In this document: piece by piece, positions 42,127 to 53,772 of the stretch
Layout of the letters: each line of letters starts with the position of its first letter
Numbering within the stretch: the stretch's first letter is position 1
Assembly (NCBI GenBank): GCA_963745035.1
Contig: CAVUVW010000013.1
Coordinates: forward strand, 1,312,001 to 1,376,000
DNA: 64,000 nucleotides
Source: an uncultured delta proteobacterium
Lineage (GTDB): Bacteria > Desulfobacterota > Binatia > UBA9968
Direction: 5' to 3'
Position numbers and translations under genes: made by a program
The notes under the pieces: model-generated
The model's input: only the letters and a program-made list of their open reading frames with translations
Databases searched by the model: none
What the model was told of the DNA's origin: nothing

Positions 42127-44592
42127 TTAAACCGGCGGAGGGTCCATTTCTCGGGCAAAATGCCTGTGCTTAGCAATCGCGTGGATGAACTGTCCTAGGC
42201 CCTCCTCAAAACGGCCATCGGGGAATCGCAGCACCCCAGGATCGGGGTCGCCGTTTGGTAGCGTCAATGGCACGCCGGCATTTTCCACTAGGTCCTGGCC
42301 CGCGCCCAGCACCAGAATCGGTTTGCAATGACGATATTGTTCCTTGATAAATTCGACCGCTTGTCCCTGGTTACCGAGCGTTTTTATAGCTTCGCGCCCG
42401 CCCGGTACTATAAGCGCGTCGTAGAGCACCGCCGGAACCGCTTCCAGCGTCGTCTCGACTTCGATGAGGTCTCCGTCTGCGCTTTGCACGCTGCCGAAGC
42501 GGGCAGCGACGAAGCGCGGCACCGCCCCTTTTGCGGCGAGGCCGTTATGCAACGCTATCAGGTCTGCGCCAACGACGCCGTCCGCCAATAGAATGGCTAT
42601 CCTTCGTGTCCGTATGCTGCCGTCACCAGGTCGTTCGAACAGCGAGAGGGCGGGCGATGCCTTGACCTCGGGCGCCGTCGGTTTTTCGATTACTTTCGGC
42701 AAAGGCGCGGGGAGAGGCATGCCGAGCCCTTTGGCGACGCTCGCGGCAAGATCATCTGCGACGTTGGCGAGCATGGCGACGACACGCTGCCGCACGGCTG
42801 GGATCTGCACCCGCGACAACTCAAACCGAAACGCCCGGATGATATGCGCCTTCTCAACATCGGTCTGGCTGTTCCAGAACAGCGTCGCCTGTGTGTAATG
42901 ATCCGCGAAGCGCTCCGGCTTGCCGCGCACCTGGTCCCCGACCAGAGGCTCTGGAAACGAGGTAAAACCAGCCCCGCCGGCCTGGAAAGGACAGCCCCCT
43001 GCTAGAGAGTTGGGTTCGTATGCGACGCGGCCGCGATTGATCGCCTGGCGATGCATTCCATCACGCTGATTGTTGTGCGGCGGCGCCACCGGCGCATTAA
43101 TGGGAATTTCATGAAAGTTGGGGCCGCCGAGACGCGATATCTGCGTGTCTACATAGGAGTGAATGCGACCGGCCAAAAGTGGATCGTTGGAAAAGTCCAA
43201 TCCTGGAACGATGTGCGCGGCGCAGAATGCAACCTGCTCGGTTTCAGTAAAGAAATTGTCCGGGTTGCGGTTGAGAACCATTTTCCCAACAGGCGTCACA
43301 GGCACCAGTTCTTCCGGGACAATTTTCGTAGAGTCCAGTACATCGAAGCTGAATTTATCCGCCTGCTCTTGAGTGAAGATCTGCATGCCGAACTCATACT
43401 CCGGGTAGGCGCCGGATTCGATCGCTTCCCACAAGTCGCGGCGATGGAAGTCGGCGTCTGCGCCTGAGATCTTGACCGCTTCGTCCCAAGCGAGCGAATG
43501 GGTGCCGGCGATCGGGCGCCAGTGGAATTTTACGAAACGAGACTCGCCTTCTTCGTTGATCAATCGGAACGTATGCACGCCGAAGCCCTGCATCATGCGG
43601 TAGCTTCGGGGAATGGCCCGATCCGACATCGCCCACATCATCATATGCGTCGATTCCGGCGTTAGCGAGATAAAGTCCCAGAACGTATCGTGGGCGGTTG
43701 ACGCCTGCGGCACCGCGAAATGAGGCTCAGGTTTGGCGGCGTGAACCAGATCCGGAAATTTCATAGCGTCCTGAATGAAAAAAACCGGAATGTTGTTGCC
43801 GACCAAATCCCAATTGCCTTGGTCGGTATAGAATTTTACGGCGAAACCGCGCACATCGCGCACGGTGTCGGCAGAGCCCCGTTCGCCTATGACGGTCGAG
43901 AAGCGCACGAACACCGGTGTTTGTTTGCCGGCCTCGGCGAAGAGCGACGCAGCCGTCAATTTTTTGAGCGAATCGTAGCATTGGAAATACCCATGTGCAG
44001 CCGAACCGCGGGCATGGACTATGCGCTCCGGTATACGCTCGTGATCGAAATGAGTGATCTTCTCGCGCAGAATAAAATCTTGGAGCAGCGCCGGCCCGCG
44101 ATATCCAGCTTTGAGCGAATTCTGATTATCGGCGACGGGCACACCCTGGTTAGTGGTGAGCGCTTGGCCGCTCGAATCGACCCGAACCCGGTCGAGTGGA
44201 AGACTGCTTGGATTGATCCCTAGCTGTGGCTTACCCGAGCCAGTCTTATCGGAAGGATTGCCTTCGGTTAACGTGCTGCCCGTGGCTGACGGATCGGCGG
44301 GCGTAGTCTGCCCTTCTTGAGGGTGAGTAGATAGTTCGCCGTGCTCGAGCGCCTTGTTCGTATTATGGGGCATCGCCGCAACCAGCTTTTCCGTGGCATC
44401 GAACTTGGCAACCAAAGCATCCCCGGTATTTTCGGTACCGGACTCGCGGCGGTGCGCAGGACCGCTGACGGTGGAACGCGAACTGGTTTTAGCCACCGTC
44501 GCACCTCGAGGTTGGTTGCTGCTCGTTTTCCCCGTGGTCGAACCTCCTTTGGAGGAGCGCGAAGAAGGAGAATGTTTTTTTCGGGTTGCCAT
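42127..44592 (-). CDS. katE: Large-subunit catalase HPII
   Basis: [28 protein letters not shown]; C-terminal DJ-1-like domain. Confidence 0.95.
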   Translation of the reverse strand: MATRKKHSPSSRSSKGGSTTGKTSSNQPRGATVAKTSSRSTVSGPAHRRESGTENTGDALVAKFDATEKLVAAMPHNTNKALEHGELSTHPQEGQTTPADPSATGSTLTEGNPSDKTGSGKPQLGINPSSLPLDRVRVDSSGQALTTNQGVPVADNQNSLKAGYRGPALLQDFILREKITHFDHERIPERIVHARGSAAHGYFQCYDSLKKLTAASLFAEAGKQTPVFVRFSTVIGERGSADTVRDVRGFAVKFYTDQGNWDLVGNNIPVFFIQDAMKFPDLVHAAKPEPHFAVPQASTAHDTFWDFISLTPESTHMMMWAMSDRAIPRSYRMMQGFGVHTFRLINEEGESRFVKFHWRPIAGTHSLAWDEAVKISGADADFHRRDLWEAIESGAYPEYEFGMQIFTQEQADKFSFDVLDSTKIVPEELVPVTPVGKMVLNRNPDNFFTETEQVAFCAAHIVPGLDFSNDPLLAGRIHSYVDTQISRLGGPNFHEIPINAPVAPPHNNQRDGMHRQAINRGRVAYEPNSLAGGCPFQAGGAGFTSFPEPLVGDQVRGKPERFADHYTQATLFWNSQTDVEKAHIIRAFRFELSRVQIPAVRQRVVAMLANVADDLAASVAKGLGMPLPAPLPKVIEKPTAPEVKASPALSLFERPGDGSIRTRRIAILLADGVVGADLIALHNGLAAKGAVPRFVAARFGSVQSADGDLIEVETTLEAVPAVLYDALIVPGGREAIKTLGNQGQAVEFIKEQYRHCKPILVLGAGQDLVENAGVPLTLPNGDPDPGVLRFPDGRFEEGLGQFIHAIAKHRHFAREMDPPPV

Positions 44593-44760
44593 GGTAATTT
44601 TTCTTTCTTAAATTTTTTAATTTAGCTTTCGACGCGATGCTCCCAAGCTACCGCTAGACGCCGGGCGGACGCGCGCCATCCGAGAATAAAGGATACCCCG
44701 GAAACGCGCGCCCACTACCGGCGTTTGGTTTCTATGAGAAGCGAGAACCCTCGGGAAATT

Positions 44761-45354
44761 CTAAAGCATCTCCTGGCGGCTTTGCTTGGCGCGTGCGGCG
44801 CCGATTGCCGTCTTAACATCCTTTTCCTCTTCGGGAGGGGGGATCACGGCGGGTAAGCCGAGCGACTCTATCCATAGTTCCCGGGCCCATCCGGTACTAT
44901 GATACAGATGCTCGTCTTCTTCCTCTTCTACCTGTTCGTGGGCTTCCTTCAGAGCTTTGCCATCCTCACCTTTGGTTTTCTCGGCGACCTGGGCGATAAG
45001 CTCCCAGTTCAAGTGGTCTTTGGTCTCCGCTTCGACCACGCATTCCGCGGCAACGATCTGAGCAGCTTCCGGTTTGCCCGACTCCAATGCCATCTCCATG
45101 GCCTTCACCAATGATTCCCCGATGTGGCGCACGACCTTCCGACCCGGAGTCTCCTTGTCGGGATCGAGCTTAAACTTACCGAGGAGTTCGCGAACGATTT
45201 GCTCGTGCTTTTGGGTCTGCTCCAGGTACTCTTCCCATTCTTTCTTGAGGTCCTTGTTCACGGTGCAACGTATTGCCGTTTTATAGACCTGCACCCCACC
45301 TATCTCGGTTTCTAATGCTTCATAGAGAAGCTGATTCAATTGTTCGTCTTTCAT
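44761..45354 (-). CDS. Ferritin-like stress protein (DUF892-related)
   Basis: ALETEIGGVQVY, EQTQKHE, AETKDHLNWE, EEDEHLYH diiron-type ligands. Confidence 0.8.
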   Translation of the reverse strand: MKDEQLNQLLYEALETEIGGVQVYKTAIRCTVNKDLKKEWEEYLEQTQKHEQIVRELLGKFKLDPDKETPGRKVVRHIGESLVKAMEMALESGKPEAAQIVAAECVVEAETKDHLNWELIAQVAEKTKGEDGKALKEAHEQVEEEEDEHLYHSTGWARELWIESLGLPAVIPPPEEEKDVKTAIGAARAKQSRQEML

Positions 45355-45423
45355 TTATGGTCTCCTGTTAATCATGTGCAGCCGCGCAGCAGAAAGAGAA
45401 TGACATGAAAGTATTCTCACGGG

Positions 45424-45988
45424 CTATACGCGACCTCGATATCCCACGGTGGGTTGCTCCTTGTCTTTGTCGGGGACGCTTTCTTCACCGGTAGAGGAAA
45501 TATCGTGCGCGCCGGCATGCTCAAAGATTTCCTTTGCGCGCTTAACTTCGTCACTATTTTCCGAGTGCACGGAAATCAGAATGTTGCCCTCTTTGATTTT
45601 TCCCTCGTACTGCTTGGCTTCATACTCCGGGATGCCCAAGCCGATTAAGGCGCCCGAAAGCCCGCCAACCGCGGCGCCGACACCGGCTCCGGCGAGCGCG
45701 GCCATGATCGGTCCGGCGGCGATAAAGGGTCCGACGCCCGGAATAGCCAATGAGCCGATGCCCACAAGCCAGCCGAATACTCCACCCAGAACTCCGCCGG
45801 TACCAGCACCCGTTGCCGCTCCTTCTGGCGCCTTGGTGTTCTTTTCGTGCGCAAAATCTCTTCGTTCCCGATTTGTCGGGAAACAGCACTGAGATATCAT
45901 TGTTGGAAAACCCGGCGGCCTTAAGGCCATCGACGATCCCTGCGGCTTGCGCTTCACTATCAACCAAACCGAAAACTGCTTTAGCCAT
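45424..45988 (-). CDS. General stress membrane protein, glycine-zipper type (frameshift near 45865)
   Basis: GF..NDISVL; GATG..GG..G.L.GIG.LAIPGVGPFIAAGP; GIPEYEAKQYE. Confidence 0.85.
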
Positions 45989-46002
45989 AATTTTCTCCTT
46001 GT

Positions 46003-46390
46003 TTAGCTTGCGATCTCTAATTGGTTATCGACTTTCTTTACACCAGCGACCTGTTTGGCCTTCGCTTCGATCTCAACTTTCTCTTTGTCGCTCTTGACGG
46101 GTCCCCGCAGCGTGACCGTGCCATCATTGGTGATAATCTTGACGTTCTTTGCGTTCGTGGAAAGAGAGTCGTCCGCTGTAAGGGCCTGTCTTATGTTCTG
46201 AGTGATCGTCCGGTCTGCCTCGTTCTCGGACTGATCCCCTGCCGTCTTGTTTGCTTCGTTCCTGTCCCGGACGTTGCGCCCGGTATTGTCCGGCTCGACT
46301 GCGGCTTGAGACACTGGTTTTTCCTCCCGATCTCTTTGAACAACCGGCGATCAGAACCACTGTAAGCAGCAATAGCGTGATGCTTTTCAT
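46003..46390 (-). CDS. BON domain lipoprotein (frameshift near 46320)
   Basis: Lipobox IAGC; DRTITQNIRQAL...VTLRGPV...GVKKVDNQL. Confidence 0.85.
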
Positions 46391-46431
46391 TCGATCTCCT
46401 CTTTGAAAATTTGAAAACTAAACAACTGCAA

Positions 46432-46447
46432 CGCAATTAACATACCG
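46432..46447 (-). promoter_or_regulatory. sigma54-like (-24/-12) promoter of the BON gene cluster
   Basis: Minus strand CGGTATGTTAATTGCG = GG-N10-GC, about 40 bp upstream of ATG46390. Confidence 0.5.
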
Positions 46448-46688
46448 GGCACATAACATCGATTTACCAAGGATTTTCAGGGGCTAGAGCACGGTTCGTC
46501 CTAAAACTAAGATTTCGTTTTAAAGTGTGTCCGATGTAACGTCATCGACGCCCTTTCATCGAACGCAGATAGTAGCGCTGACGTCTTTCGAGAAGGAAAG
46601 TTGGGCGGGCGTCATCCTCTGAGAGAAGATTAATCGAGTAGCTCAACTCATCGCTGGGTTCCGGTGTCGCCTTGAGCCTCGCGTTCTG

Positions 46689-46805
46689 GCCCGGCCAGAT
46701 CGCGTTGGCCTTGCAGCCCGCCGAAAAGTCACCAATGAGGGCAAAGCCGCGCTATTGGAATTTATTACAAGCCGGGAGCACAATTATTCGCGAGCTGGCC
46801 GGTAG
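46689..46805 (+). repeat. Direct repeat copy 2 (orphan 3' end of TPP-enzyme gene, ...EFITSREHNYSRAGR*)
   Basis: About 20 differences over ~118 bp versus 41243-41360 by manual alignment. Confidence 0.85.
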
Positions 46806-46873
46806 CGCTGAAGGCTGATTTACCGGGTCGGTGATGAGTCGATTCGAATCCGAAGAGGCGGCAGGCAGAGCTG

Positions 46874-47179
46874 CTAAAGAGTATATGAAACGTCCAAGTC
46901 GCCTATCTCCTCGATTGTTTCGCCGATATGTCTTTTTAGCAGAAGACCAATGAAGGAACCGAAGGCCGGGTTCTCAAAAGCCAGTGAGCCGACGTAAGGT
47001 TTGTCGTTGTAGGTGATATGCACAAAGCATCTCGCGGTGCGTCCAGATCTCACACCGATGTGCGTTAATACGCCGATTTCCCCGGCTAGAGTTTTGTTAT
47101 TGGCGTATTTTTCAATCCAGACCGGCGGCCAATTTCGCATCGTGCGATAGACCATGAGCGGATGGTCGCGAAGCTTCAT
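46874..47179 (-). CDS. Small hypothetical protein (MKLRDHPLM...NWPPVW...IGDLD)
   Basis: 101-aa ORF downstream of the hybrid kinase. Confidence 0.65.
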   Translation of the reverse strand: MKLRDHPLMVYRTMRNWPPVWIEKYANNKTLAGEIGVLTHIGVRSGRTARCFVHITYNDKPYVGSLAFENPAFGSFIGLLLKRHIGETIEEIGDLDVSYTL

Positions 47180-47295
47180 AACCGTATTCGGACAACAAAA
47201 GGTATTTTCTAAGTTTAGGTGCCGAACATATCCTCGCCCTGCCCGGTTTTCCAAGGGTTCAAATCGGATATAGAGTGCGCCTACCGCAGGACTCT

Positions 47296-48856
47296 TCACA
47301 CAGGCTCATTCTGCACCTTTTTGTTTTCTAATAGACTCTCTGCGAGCTGCAGGATTTCCTTAACGCCGGCCGGCTTGACCATGATACCGTCGAAGCCCGA
47401 TTCCTTGGCGCGCTGCTGCACTTCTTCCTGCGCCCATCCAGTCACGGCGATCATCACGCTCTCCTTGCCGGAGGGTAGCTCGCGCATCCGCTCGCATGTA
47501 TCAAATCCATTGAGTCGCGGCATGCCGACGTCGAGTAAGACGACGTTGGGTCGAAAACTCTCCATGAGCGCTATGCCGCTCTCTCCATCCGGAGCGGTTT
47601 CGACTTCGTGCCCGCGCTTGCGCAGCAGCATCGAATACATTTCCCGCGTCCGCGGTCCATCATCGACGATCAAGATTCGCCAGCGAGCTTCGCTGCCGCT
47701 CGCCTCGCCGCCCGCGCCTTGCGCCGAGCTGGATTCCTCCACTTGATTCAGGATGGGCAGAAAAACCAGGAACTCGCTGCCCTTGCCGAGTCCCTCGCTC
47801 CGTACTTCCAATGTTCCCCCATGGAGCTCTACGAGCCGTCGCGCCAGCGCGAGACCGAGCCCTAGACCGGACTCGGACCACTCAAGGGAACGATCCACCT
47901 GATAGAACTTATCGCATATGTGCGACAATTGATCGCTCGCGATACCGATGCCGCTGTCCTTGACCGAAATAGTCGCTTTGTCTCCCTCCACCGATGTGGC
48001 CAGCCAAATTTTTCCGCCGTTGGGAGTGTATTTTGCGGCATTGTTGAGGAGGTTGACCAGAACCTGCACCAGGCGTACGAGATCGCCTTCGATCTGCACA
48101 CGTTCGGCTGGAAATGCCACCACTGCCTCATGCCCGTGGGATGCCAGAAAGGCCCGGCTCGCTTCCACCGAGCTCCTGAGAACATCCGACAAGCGCAGCC
48201 TCTCTTTTCGCAGCTCGAGCTTGTCACGCGTGATGCGCGCCACGTCCAGCAAATCATCGATCAAGCGGGCCAGGTGATTTACTTGTTGGTCAATGACATC
48301 GTGACTCAATTGCACTTCGGCATCGAGCCCCGGGTGGAGGCGCAACAGATCCACCGCGCCGCGGATCGGATGAAGCGGATTTCTCAGCTCGTGCGCCAGG
48401 GTTGCCAGAAAATCATCCTTCTGCCGGTCAGCCTCTCGCAATTGGGCAAGTAAATGCCGGTTCTCTTCCTCGCGTTTGTAAAGCCGCAACAGCGCTTGCA
48501 CCGTCGCCAACAGCTCCGTACTTTCCACCGGTTCCGTCAAATAGGTATCCGCGCCGCACTCCGAGCCCCAGCACCCGGTCCGGCGTGGTGATGTGCGATG
48601 CCGAGATTTGCAGGACCATGATGTGCGAGCTGGCCGGATCCTCTTTGATCTTCCGGCAGACATCCATGCCGCTGATATCGGGCAGCTTGACGTCGAGTAA
48701 CACGAGCTGCGGCGTCGACTCACTGACAAGCCTTAATGCATCGGCGCCCGTGCCCGCTTCCACCACCTCGTAACCGGCCCGCTTTAAGATCCGGCTCTTG
48801 GCGTATCTTCCGGCCTCGTCATCATCGACATTCAATATCAAGTTTTCCGTATTCAT
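47296..48856 (-). CDS. Hybrid histidine kinase REC-HisKA-HATPase-REC (frameshift near 48565)
   Basis: VDDD..D..P receiver; LAHELRNPL, NLLNNAAKY, DSGIG, GLGLGL; C-terminal receiver. Confidence 0.9.
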
Positions 48857-48869
48857 TTCTCGCTCCAGG

Positions 48870-51075
48870 CTAATTGTGGGTCGGCGGGTTAGTAGACACC
48901 GTTTCCAGTACTGTGTTCGCTAAAAGCTGCTCGATTCGATCGCGCGACAACTCGCCTTTGCTCAAGATACCGCACGCATCCGTCAAACGCCCGCGATCCA
49001 GTTCGTTGAGATTAAGCGACGTGACGATTGCGACGGGTATCGACCGCATCGCCGGGATCGGCTTTCAGTTGTTCCAACACCTCAAAACCCGATACGTCGG
49101 GCATGTCGAGGTCGAGAAAAATAAATGCCGGATTGAGTTCCTTCGCCATGCGCAGGCCTTCGATGCCGTTCCTCGCCTGGCGTACGACAAACGGCAGGTC
49201 CTGGACCAGGCGTGCACAGAATGTAACGCGCCGGGCCGTGATCGTCGATGATGAGCACGCGTCGCTCCGAAATCTGCGCATGCCCAGTCCTCCGTCTGTC
49301 CTCCCGACGTTCCGCGCCGGTAAGGCGCTCAAGCGATTGCAGTAACGCTTCGCGACTGATCGGCTTGACGCAATATTCATCGGCTCCCAACGCGTAGCCC
49401 TTGGCCTCGTCTTCCACCGTCGTCAGCACGAGAACGGGGATGGCTTGCGTCACCGCGTCGGTCTTGAGCTCGGCCAGCCAATGTCCAGGCATCCTCGCCG
49501 CGTAGAATGATGTCCAACACGATGGCGCGCGGCTGAATCTGGCGCATGACATTACGCACTTCCCTGAGATTGCCGGCCGGAATCATCTGAAAGACACTGT
49601 TACGAAGATAATTCTGGTAAATCAGCCGAGTTTGCAGCTTCGTCTTCCAAGACAAGCACCGGAACGCGACCCTCCTCGACTTGCCACCCCCTTTCCGTTG
49701 TCTGATCGTGAGAAACTTCTTCTTCTGGTTTCACGTGCTCGACGGGAATGGTGATCGAGAACGTCGAGCCCATGCCCAGTCGGCTTGTCAATTCGATCTT
49801 GCCGCCCATCAGCTTCGCCAACTTGCGGCACAAAGGCAAGCCAAGGCCGGTCCCTTTGACTTTGCGCTGTACCGGGTTATCGATCTGGGTGAACTCTTCG
49901 AATATCCGCTCCTGATCCGCTTCGGCGATGCCAATGCCGGTATCGGCGACCGAGAATGTTATCGTTTCGTTCGCCTCGTTCCACTTCGCCGCCACGCGCA
50001 CTTCGCCGCGCTCGGTGAACTTCAGCGCGTTGGCGATAAAATTGCGCAGAATCTGCGAGAGCTTGCTCTCATCCGAGTACAGAGCCGGAATGTCGCGCGG
50101 CTCATCGAAAACCAGCCGGACGGATTCGCCCGCCAGCAACGGGCGCAGCATGCCGCGAAGCGCGCTAAAAAGATTGCCCACGGTAAATTCCGTCGGTTGA
50201 ACCTCGATCTTGCCGGCCTCGATCTTGGCCAAGTCGAGGAGGTCATTCACCAACTCCAACAGGCTTTCGGCGCCCTTGCGGATAAAGCCCACCTGGACTT
50301 CCTGCTCACCCGTCAACTCGCCGTCGGCCCGTTCGAGCAACAACTGCGATAAGGCGAGAATGGAATTCAGCGGTGTGCGGAATTCGTGGCTCATGTTGGA
50401 GAGAAAACTCGTCTTCATTTCGTCCGCGCGGCGCAGATGGTTGGCTCGTTCATCGAGCTCGGCATAGAGAGCGACAACTCCGCGATTGGTGTCTTCCAGT
50501 TCCTGGTTAAGCCGCGCGAGCTCGTCATGGCGTTCCCGCGCCTCGGCCAGGGCGCCCAGCAATTCCTGGTTTTGTTGCTTGACCTCGTCGAACGGGTTTT
50601 CGGGACGCTGACCGGCGAGACCGGCCGCTATCTCGGCGGAGCGTTTGGACGTAACCAACGGAAGGCGCCGCGGCAGGAGCTTCTTGAGAATAATCTCGGT
50701 GCCGGCTCCAGGCTTCGTATGGATCTCGCTTTGATCCACCAGCCGCCGGGCGCCGATGATGCCGAGTCCCATACCCGTGTGCGACTGATAGCGCCCTTCG
50801 AGGATATCCTTGAGATTCTTGATGCCCGGCCCTTGGTCTTTGATAATGACCTGAAAAATCTGCGGCACGGTGGCTCCCTCGACGGAAAACTCCACCCTGC
50901 CGCCGCCGCCATAGCCATAGGCGTTGCGCGCCAGCTCCGAGACCGCGGTCGCAAGACGCGTTTGATCCTGAGAATCGAAGCCCAGCTCTTTGGCGATCTG
51001 GCGCGTCCGCTGCCGCGCCAAGACGACGTCCTGCTCGTACTTGATGGCGACCGTCGTTATTGTCGGAGAGGCCAT
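48870..51075 (-). CDS. Hybrid histidine kinase with N-terminal RsbT-like HATPase domain and two receivers (frameshifts 49000-49650)
   Basis: TAVSELARNAY..DQGPG..GMGLG; MSHEFRTPL, NFIANALKF, GTGLGL; two REC domains. Confidence 0.85.
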
Positions 51076-51086
51076 ACCGATCAAGC

Positions 51087-52140
51087 CTAACAGCAATACC
51101 GTTTGAATCCTGCATCATCACTCGCGCCGGCGGCAAGCACCGTCGCATCGTCCCGCCCGCGGTTGCAATCGCGATAAAGCACGCCGGCGACGAGGCCGGG
51201 ATGGCGCCGCGCCAATGCCGGATAAGCCCCGAGATCCCAGCGCGCCGTCAAGCCGTCGGAATGCATGATCAAGAGCGACTCCGTGCTCCACGGATAAGTG
51301 AATTCGCTGATCTTGCGCGCTTCCTGGCCGACGATGCCGTTGTGCGAGACGAGATGGCGAACGTTCACCGTTCCTCAAAAGCGTCGCCGTGATATTACCG
51401 ACGCCGCAAAAGCGCACGATGTTTCTTGCCGGATCGATCTGCCCAACAGCCAGCGCGGCGCCGCGGGTGCTGCGCAGCGCGCCGTGCGCGCGCTCGACAA
51501 GCTCTGCCGGCGAACTGTCGCGATATTCCTTTGCCATGGCCAGCGCGGCGTGCGCCGCTATCGCCGCATCGGGACCGTGTCCCAGCCCGTCGGCGACGGT
51601 ACAGATATATTTGCCTTTCAGACGCTCGACTCCCCAGCCATCGCCTGAAACTTCTTGGCCGGGCATCGGCAGGCATACGGCGCCAAACTCCATTTCCGCG
51701 TGATCCGGCCGCTTCGGCTGTCCCGCCCAAAAGCGCGCCAAAACCGCCGTGCCTTTGCCTGGCATGGAATGAATATCGAATTGCCGGGCAAGCCTTTTGA
51801 TCGCTCCCAGTCCCGTGCCCGGACTTCCCGCGGTCGAATATCCGTCACTCAGGCACCGCGCGAGATTGGCTATTCCCGGTCCGTGATCGAGCGCCATGCA
51901 GCTCGAACCCTGCCCCCCGGTGCAGCAAGCGCGCGAGGATCCGCCCCGCCTCGGCGTGCTTTATAAGATTGGTCGCGAGCTCGGTGGCGACGAGCGAAAC
52001 ATTGGCGGTTTCTACGTCGTCAAAATCGACGTCGCCCGGCCAGCCGGCTGGCCAGCCGCCGCGCTTCGGCAACGTCGCTCGACGTGACGGACTTCGAGAA
52101 ATTGCTGATCGCTCAATATCGAGTTCAGGTGGTCCGCCAT
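51087..52140 (-). CDS. RsbT-like HATPase / SpoIIE (PP2C) phosphatase fusion, RsbX-like (frameshifts)
   Basis: TELATNLIKHA, DHGPG, GTGLG; SGDGW, ADGLGHG, HSDGL, RGRDDATV. Confidence 0.85.
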
Positions 52141-52538
52141 CGAGTGATCATCACTTTCGTGCCGCGGCCGGGCGTAGAGTCGATTTCAAATTCGTTGACG
52201 AGCCGTTTCGCGCCGCCGAGACCAAGTCCCATGCCGCTGCCGGTAGTAAAGCCATCTTTCATTGCTTGTTCCAGATCCTTGATGCCGGGCCCTTCGTCGG
52301 AAAACGTTAGCTTGAGACCCCGCCGCGATTCATTGTTGAGCACCTGCATTTGCACCGCGCCGCCGCCGCCATAATCGAGCGTATTGCGCGCGAGCTCGCT
52401 TGCCGCGGTGACCATTTTTGTCTGTTCGACCAAGCTAAACCCTAGCGAGATGGCCCACTCGCGGACGATCTGCCGAACTTTGACGATGTCGCTCGAGGAG
52501 CTGATCGCGGCGGTCTCATCTTTCAGAATTGCGACCAA
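52125..52538 (-). CDS. rsbT: Stressosome serine/threonine kinase RsbT
   Basis: TAASELARNTLDYGGGG, DEGPGI, GMGLGLGGAKRLVNEF. Confidence 0.92.
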   Translation of the reverse strand: MVAILKDETAAISSSSDIVKVRQIVREWAISLGFSLVEQTKMVTAASELARNTLDYGGGGAVQMQVLNNESRRGLKLTFSDEGPGIKDLEQAMKDGFTTGSGMGLGLGGAKRLVNEFEIDSTPGRGTKVMITRWRTT

Positions 52539-52905
52539 AAAATTCCTTGCCTTTCAGCGAGTCCCCTAACATCGCCATGCCTTTTTCCACGTTGAGCGCG
52601 GTGCGCACACCTGGCAGCGCCATGCCCAATTCGACCAAAGTGATCGCCACCGCCGGCTTCATGCCGACGAGAACCGTTTCGGCGTCGAGCATACGCGCCA
52701 TGCCGGCGATATTGCCGATCATGCGGCCGATGAAGGAGTCGACGATTTCCAAGGATGAGATGTCGATCAGCACGCCGTGAGCGCGATGCGCGACGATTTG
52801 CTGGGTCAAATCGTCTTGCAGGGTGATCGCAAGCTGGTCGTGCATATCGACCTGGATGCTCACCAGCAAAAATTCGCCCATTTTAAGAATTGGAATGCGT
52901 TCCAT
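52516..52905 (-). CDS. rsbS: Stressosome STAS protein RsbS
   Basis: MERIPILK...IVDSFIGR...PAVAITLVELG. Confidence 0.92.
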   Translation of the reverse strand: MERIPILKMGEFLLVSIQVDMHDQLAITLQDDLTQQIVAHRAHGVLIDISSLEIVDSFIGRMIGNIAGMARMLDAETVLVGMKPAVAITLVELGMALPGVRTALNVEKGMAMLGDSLKGKEFFGRNSER

Positions 52906-53772
52906 CGCGCCGTTCCTTACGCCTTTGGCTACGCGCGTCACGGCCGCGCCGGTCCGCTGCAGAGCGACGGCAAAAGCGTCGGCCAAGGTAGCCTTGGTGA
53001 TCACATCGGAGAGGTTTACGCCGAGGTGGACGATGGTCTGAGCGATCTGCGGACGCATGCCGCTGATGATGCAATCGGCGCCCATCAGGCGAGCCGCGGC
53101 GACGGTTTTCAAGAGATGTTGAGCGACCAAGGTATCGACCGTCGGCACGCCGGTAATGTCGATAATGGCAATCAAAGCCTCGTTGTCGACGATCTTTTGC
53201 AACAGATTTTCCATCACGACCTGAGTGCGCGCGCTGTCCAAGGTGCCGATCAGCGGCAGGGCGACGATGTTCTCCCACAACTCGACGACGGGTGTCGAGA
53301 GCTCCAGCAACTCCTCCTGCTGCCGCCGATGACCGATTCACGGCTTTGCTGATATGCCTCGGTCGTATACAAACCGAGCTTATCGAGCAGCACAGTCATG
53401 AGCCAGACTTCCGTGGCGAGTTTTTCACCGTCTTTGAGTTCCTTGCGCAACAGGTCAAAGACCGGCTGTTTCAGTGAAAAAACGAACATTGCCGTTTCGG
53501 TCGCGGTGAACCCCTGGGTCGCCCGGCTGCGCGATAGCCCGGCAAGCAGCTCTTTTACCGGCTTCCAGGCCGGCGCCTCGGTGTTCTCCGACTCGGCGAC
53601 GATCGCGGCGGCAAAATACTGCAAGAACTCGCGCGACTGTTCGCGCAGCTCGCGTTCCTTTATCAGATCCGCGCGGAAGGTCGTTGCGGATTGTTGCAGG
53701 GAGATCCACTGTTCCAAGAATCTGTTGCTCGTTCTTCTGGACAAGCTGAGCTATCGCCGTTGCCTGGGCCAT
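52906..53772 (-). CDS. rsbR: Stressosome sensor RsbR (non-heme globin-like N-domain + STAS) (frameshifts near 53720 and 53325)
   Basis: SRSRATQGFTATETAMFVFSLK; ELSTPVV, LIGTLDSART, DITGVPTVDT. Confidence 0.9.

Noticed and set aside
41361-46805. Autonomous genomic island or prophage
   Set aside because: No integrase, transposase or phage gene; only the flanking repeat supports an insertion
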